42,930 nt of DNA from a virus. Lineage: Duplodnaviria; Caudoviricetes. Positions 40,860 to 42,930 of the stretch are shown here, piece after piece. Position numbers and translations under genes: made by a program. The stretch's first letter is position 1. The number at the start of each line of letters is the position of its first letter. Location: positions 1-42,930 of IMG/VR virus record IMGVR_UViG_3300027706_000085; one strand, given 5' to 3'. The notes beneath the pieces were generated by a model. That model was not told the origin of the DNA. It made no database searches and saw only the letters and a list, made by a program, of their open reading frames with translations.

Positions 40860-41481
40860 TTTCCCTCCTTGGCTCGTACACATCTGGCCAACCATTCCTG
40901 ATGGAGTTTTCCAAGATTTCCACTGGGTCGTAACCTTTAATTTTCAGTTCCCGTAATTTGTCTTGGATCAGTTCCCGGGCGCGTGCGGTAAGCGGCTTAC
41001 CAATGCTCTTCCGCATATCCTTGAAGTCCAGCCACACGCGCACAGGGACACAATTAGTTTCTGTATTGGACGGTTCAGCTTTGGACGGTTCCCCTGCACC
41101 CGTGTGCACCCTTTCCGGTGGCCCTGTGCACCCTTTTACTTCCTCCCGTGCACCCTTTCGCTCTACAAAGGGTGCAGAATTTGCACCGTTTTCTTGCTGA
41201 ATGAACAGCCTCGTGGCTGCCATTTTGGGCAGTCGGTACGTGCTGGGCCTGCCCCGGCCCCCGCCGATTCGTACTTCGAGTTCACCTGCTTTTGTCAGTT
41301 CGCCTATGGCATATTGCACCTCTCTCGCGCTCAAGCGCGCTTCCTTGGAAATCGTCTCAATGGACGGCCAAGCATTCTCACCTTGCGCATTCGCGTGATT
41401 CGCTATAGACAGCAACACACACCTAGCCCCTAGCCGTGAGTCCGAAAATTCCAGAACCCATGAAATCGCTTGTACGCTCAA
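40591..41481 (-). CDS. Phage replication initiator (N-terminal wHTH, lambda O/DnaD-like)
   Basis: MSVQAISWVL...VLLSIANHAN..AWPSIETISKEARLS; C-domain WLDFKDMRK..KPLT..NSIRNGW; internal iterons. Confidence 0.85.
   Translation of the reverse strand: MSVQAISWVLEFSDSRLGARCVLLSIANHANAQGENAWPSIETISKEARLSAREVQYAIGELTKAGELEVRIGGGRGRPSTYRLPKMAATRLFIQQENGANSAPFVERKGAREEVKGCTGPPERVHTGAGEPSKAEPSNTETNCVPVRVWLDFKDMRKSIGKPLTARARELIQDKLRELKIKGYDPVEILENSIRNGWPDVYEPRRENGARPTSGTGAGKLDRFEQAAQNVLGRGSQLAQTLSSDAVHAGRAPDHRGSDSVLRGLPRPAQKSTGAAQGVPVVPRPHQLPAPTERDT
41066..41191. promoter_or_regulatory. Putative replication origin iterons
   Basis: GTGCACCCTTT at 41104, 41126, 41148 (22-bp period), inverted copy at 41167-41176, partial copies at 41095 and 41182; TTGGACGGTTC x2 at 41066 and 41081. 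Confidence 0.75.
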
Positions 41482-41482
41482 C

Positions 41483-41668
41483 TTATCTGGGCCTCACCGA
41501 ATAAATCCGCACCCCGAAAACCCGCTTCTCGCTCGCGCTGTACCATGGCTGCATGCGCTCCTTAGCCTTGTTCTTCGGCTGCGCGCGCCATCGGCGCATC
41601 CAATCCCGCGCATAGGTCGGGTTGCGCTTGCGCCACTCGCGCTGATATTCCCGCTGGGCCTCGGTCAT
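41483..41668 (-). CDS. Small basic hypothetical protein
   Basis: REYQREWRKRNP-type helical repeat. Confidence 0.55.
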   Translation of the reverse strand: MTEAQREYQREWRKRNPTYARDWMRRWRAQPKNKAKERMQPWYSASEKRVFGVRIYSVRPR

Positions 41669-41673
41669 GCCGC

Positions 41674-41985
41674 TCAGTCCGCTACGCGCCGCTCGATATT
41701 CTCGCCCGCGTACTCACGCTTAATCGTCACGCTGTAGTCGCCCCGCGGAATCGTAAGCTGCGCGTGTTCCTGGTGCCGCAAGCTCACGCCTTCCTCGCTC
41801 ACCGCGAGATACATGCCTTCGCCAACGGTGAACAGCTCCGCCGCACCAGGCTCCGCAACGAGCGTGTGCGAATGGCCGGTCACTTCCCCGTAAGCCAGCA
41901 CGTTATCCTTCACGGGCTTACGCTGGCCTTTCGGGATGCGTTCCACTGGGGTGAGAATCACGTCTCCGTGCCTGATGATTACCAT
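41674..41985 (-). CDS. Conserved partner of DUF6745 (His-rich beta protein)
   Basis: RHGDV...LAYGEVTGHSH...HQEH...GDY...REY; AAGGAG RBS. Confidence 0.8.
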   Translation of the reverse strand: MVIIRHGDVILTPVERIPKGQRKPVKDNVLAYGEVTGHSHTLVAEPGAAELFTVGEGMYLAVSEEGVSLRHQEHAQLTIPRGDYSVTIKREYAGENIERRVAD

Positions 41986-41996
41986 GCGTTTTCTCC

Positions 41997-42930
41997 TTAC
42001 GATTCACTTGCGATTTGATAACTGCCCCACTGTTCGCGGGGAACTCTTAGTTGCCAGCCAATTGCTTCCCGTACCGTTCGGCATTCGGGATGCACGCGCT
42101 CGACGTACTGCCGCAACGTGGAAGGACAGACGAGGCGCAGCAAGACAATCGGCTCACCGTCATTCACGGACTTGATTTCGTGGAGTTCGTTCACCCACGT
42201 CTGGCCGTTGTCGTGAGGCGGAAGAACGCGCTGCACTGCGCTGTCCAGCAGCTTCGATTGCGCCTGCGCGAAAAACCACTCGAAGCCCCTGCGCTCAATC
42301 ATCACGCGGCGCACCTCGGAGTTTTCCTCCTTGAGGATCCGCTCCATCGTGATGGTGTCTGGTTTCTCAATGATGTCCTGCGAGACGCGCACCCCATGCC
42401 ATGCCCAGATGGAGAAACCGTCTGGGTAGGAGACTGCTGGACCATCCGCGCAATGGAGCGAGCCACGGCTATCGCGCAGCAAGCGATGATGCCGCTCCGA
42501 AACGAAGCATATGTCCTTGCAGGGAATCGCCCAGTTTGCTGAGGCGCATAGTGCGAAGAGACCAGCCAGCTTCTCAGTTTGCTTTACTAGTCCGCATTCA
42601 TTGTGGAAAAACGAATAGAAAGATAGCCACGGGGCATCGTGCGAGCCGTAAACCGAGGCCCCCACCGAGGCCCCCACCGAGTCCCGCACCGAGGCCGCCA
42701 CCGAGTCCCACACCGAGTCCCGCACCGAGTCCCACACCGAGTCCCGCACCGAGTCCCACACCGAGGCCCGCACCGAGTCCCACACCGAGGCCCCCACCGA
42801 GGCCCGCACCGAGTCCCACACCGAGTCCCGCACCGAGTCCCACACCGAGGCCCCCACCGAGGCCCACACCGAGTCCCCCACCGAGGCCCGCACCGAGTCC
42901 CACACCGAGGCCCCCACCGAGGCCCACACC
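41997..42930 (-). CDS. DUF6745-like protein, C-terminal half
   Basis: YGSHDAPWLSFY...FVSERH...GSLHCADGPAVSYPDGFSIWAWHGVRV...EENSEVRRVMIER...CPSTLRQYVERVHP. Confidence 0.85.
   Translation of the reverse strand, partial: VWASVGASVWDSVRASVGDSVWASVGASVWDSVRDSVWDSVRASVGASVWDSVRASVWDSVRDSVWDSVRDSVWDSVAASVRDSVGASVGASVYGSHDAPWLSFYSFFHNECGLVKQTEKLAGLFALCASANWAIPCKDICFVSERHHRLLRDSRGSLHCADGPAVSYPDGFSIWAWHGVRVSQDIIEKPDTITMERILKEENSEVRRVMIERRGFEWFFAQAQSKLLDSAVQRVLPPHDNGQTWVNELHEIKSVNDGEPIVLLRLVCPSTLRQYVERVHPECRTVREAIGWQLRVPREQWGSYQIASES
42652..42930. repeat. 12-bp degenerate coding tandem repeat (~23 units)
   Basis: Directly visible; 42872-42930 matches 1-59 at 58/59. Confidence 0.95.

Noticed and set aside
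1-42930. tRNA/rRNA genes, CRISPR arrays, introns, stop-codon reassignment
   Set aside because: None recognised by eye. Core genes are uninterrupted in the standard code, and TAA, TAG and TGA all serve as stops. A tRNAscan/Infernal run would be needed to exclude small RNAs.

Overview
The window looks like an essentially complete, circularly closed ~42.9 kb dsDNA tailed-phage genome. It has a podovirus/P22-like layout: no tape measure or sheath gene, and ejection-protein-like genes are present. Both contig ends fall in a 12-bp tandem repeat within one DUF6745-like gene, and the two halves join in frame. Almost all genes are on the minus strand. The early arm carries an RHH regulator, ERF annealase, YqaJ exonuclease, an HTH replication initiator with iterons and a PDDEXK nuclease. 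The late arm carries terminase S/L, portal, scaffold, capsid, head-tail proteins, ejection proteins, fibre/spike-like proteins and a lysis cassette. There are about six HNH/endoVII nuclease genes and a complete IS1595-family element (22-bp IRs, 8-bp TSD) that interrupts a gene. I see no integrase, CI-type repressor or partition genes. The most unusual observation is that every fibre/spike-like gene in the receptor-binding block (10.4-16.9 kb) encodes a classical Sec signal peptide. The three large ones have even-numbered, paired cysteines, and the block also holds two paralogous secreted/membrane proteins and duplicated antisense moron cassettes. This suggests a periplasmically matured adsorption apparatus or a phage-encoded cell-surface system. 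Other notable items are a HiPIP-like Fe-S protein between terminase and portal, a structured RNA in the late leader, a synonymously diverged duplicate of an ejection-protein C-terminus, a relic of a second terminase, and four leaderless promoters with 18-bp spacers. All family calls come from motif recognition by eye, not database searches. The host is unknown; Acidobacteriota is only a guess from protein style.
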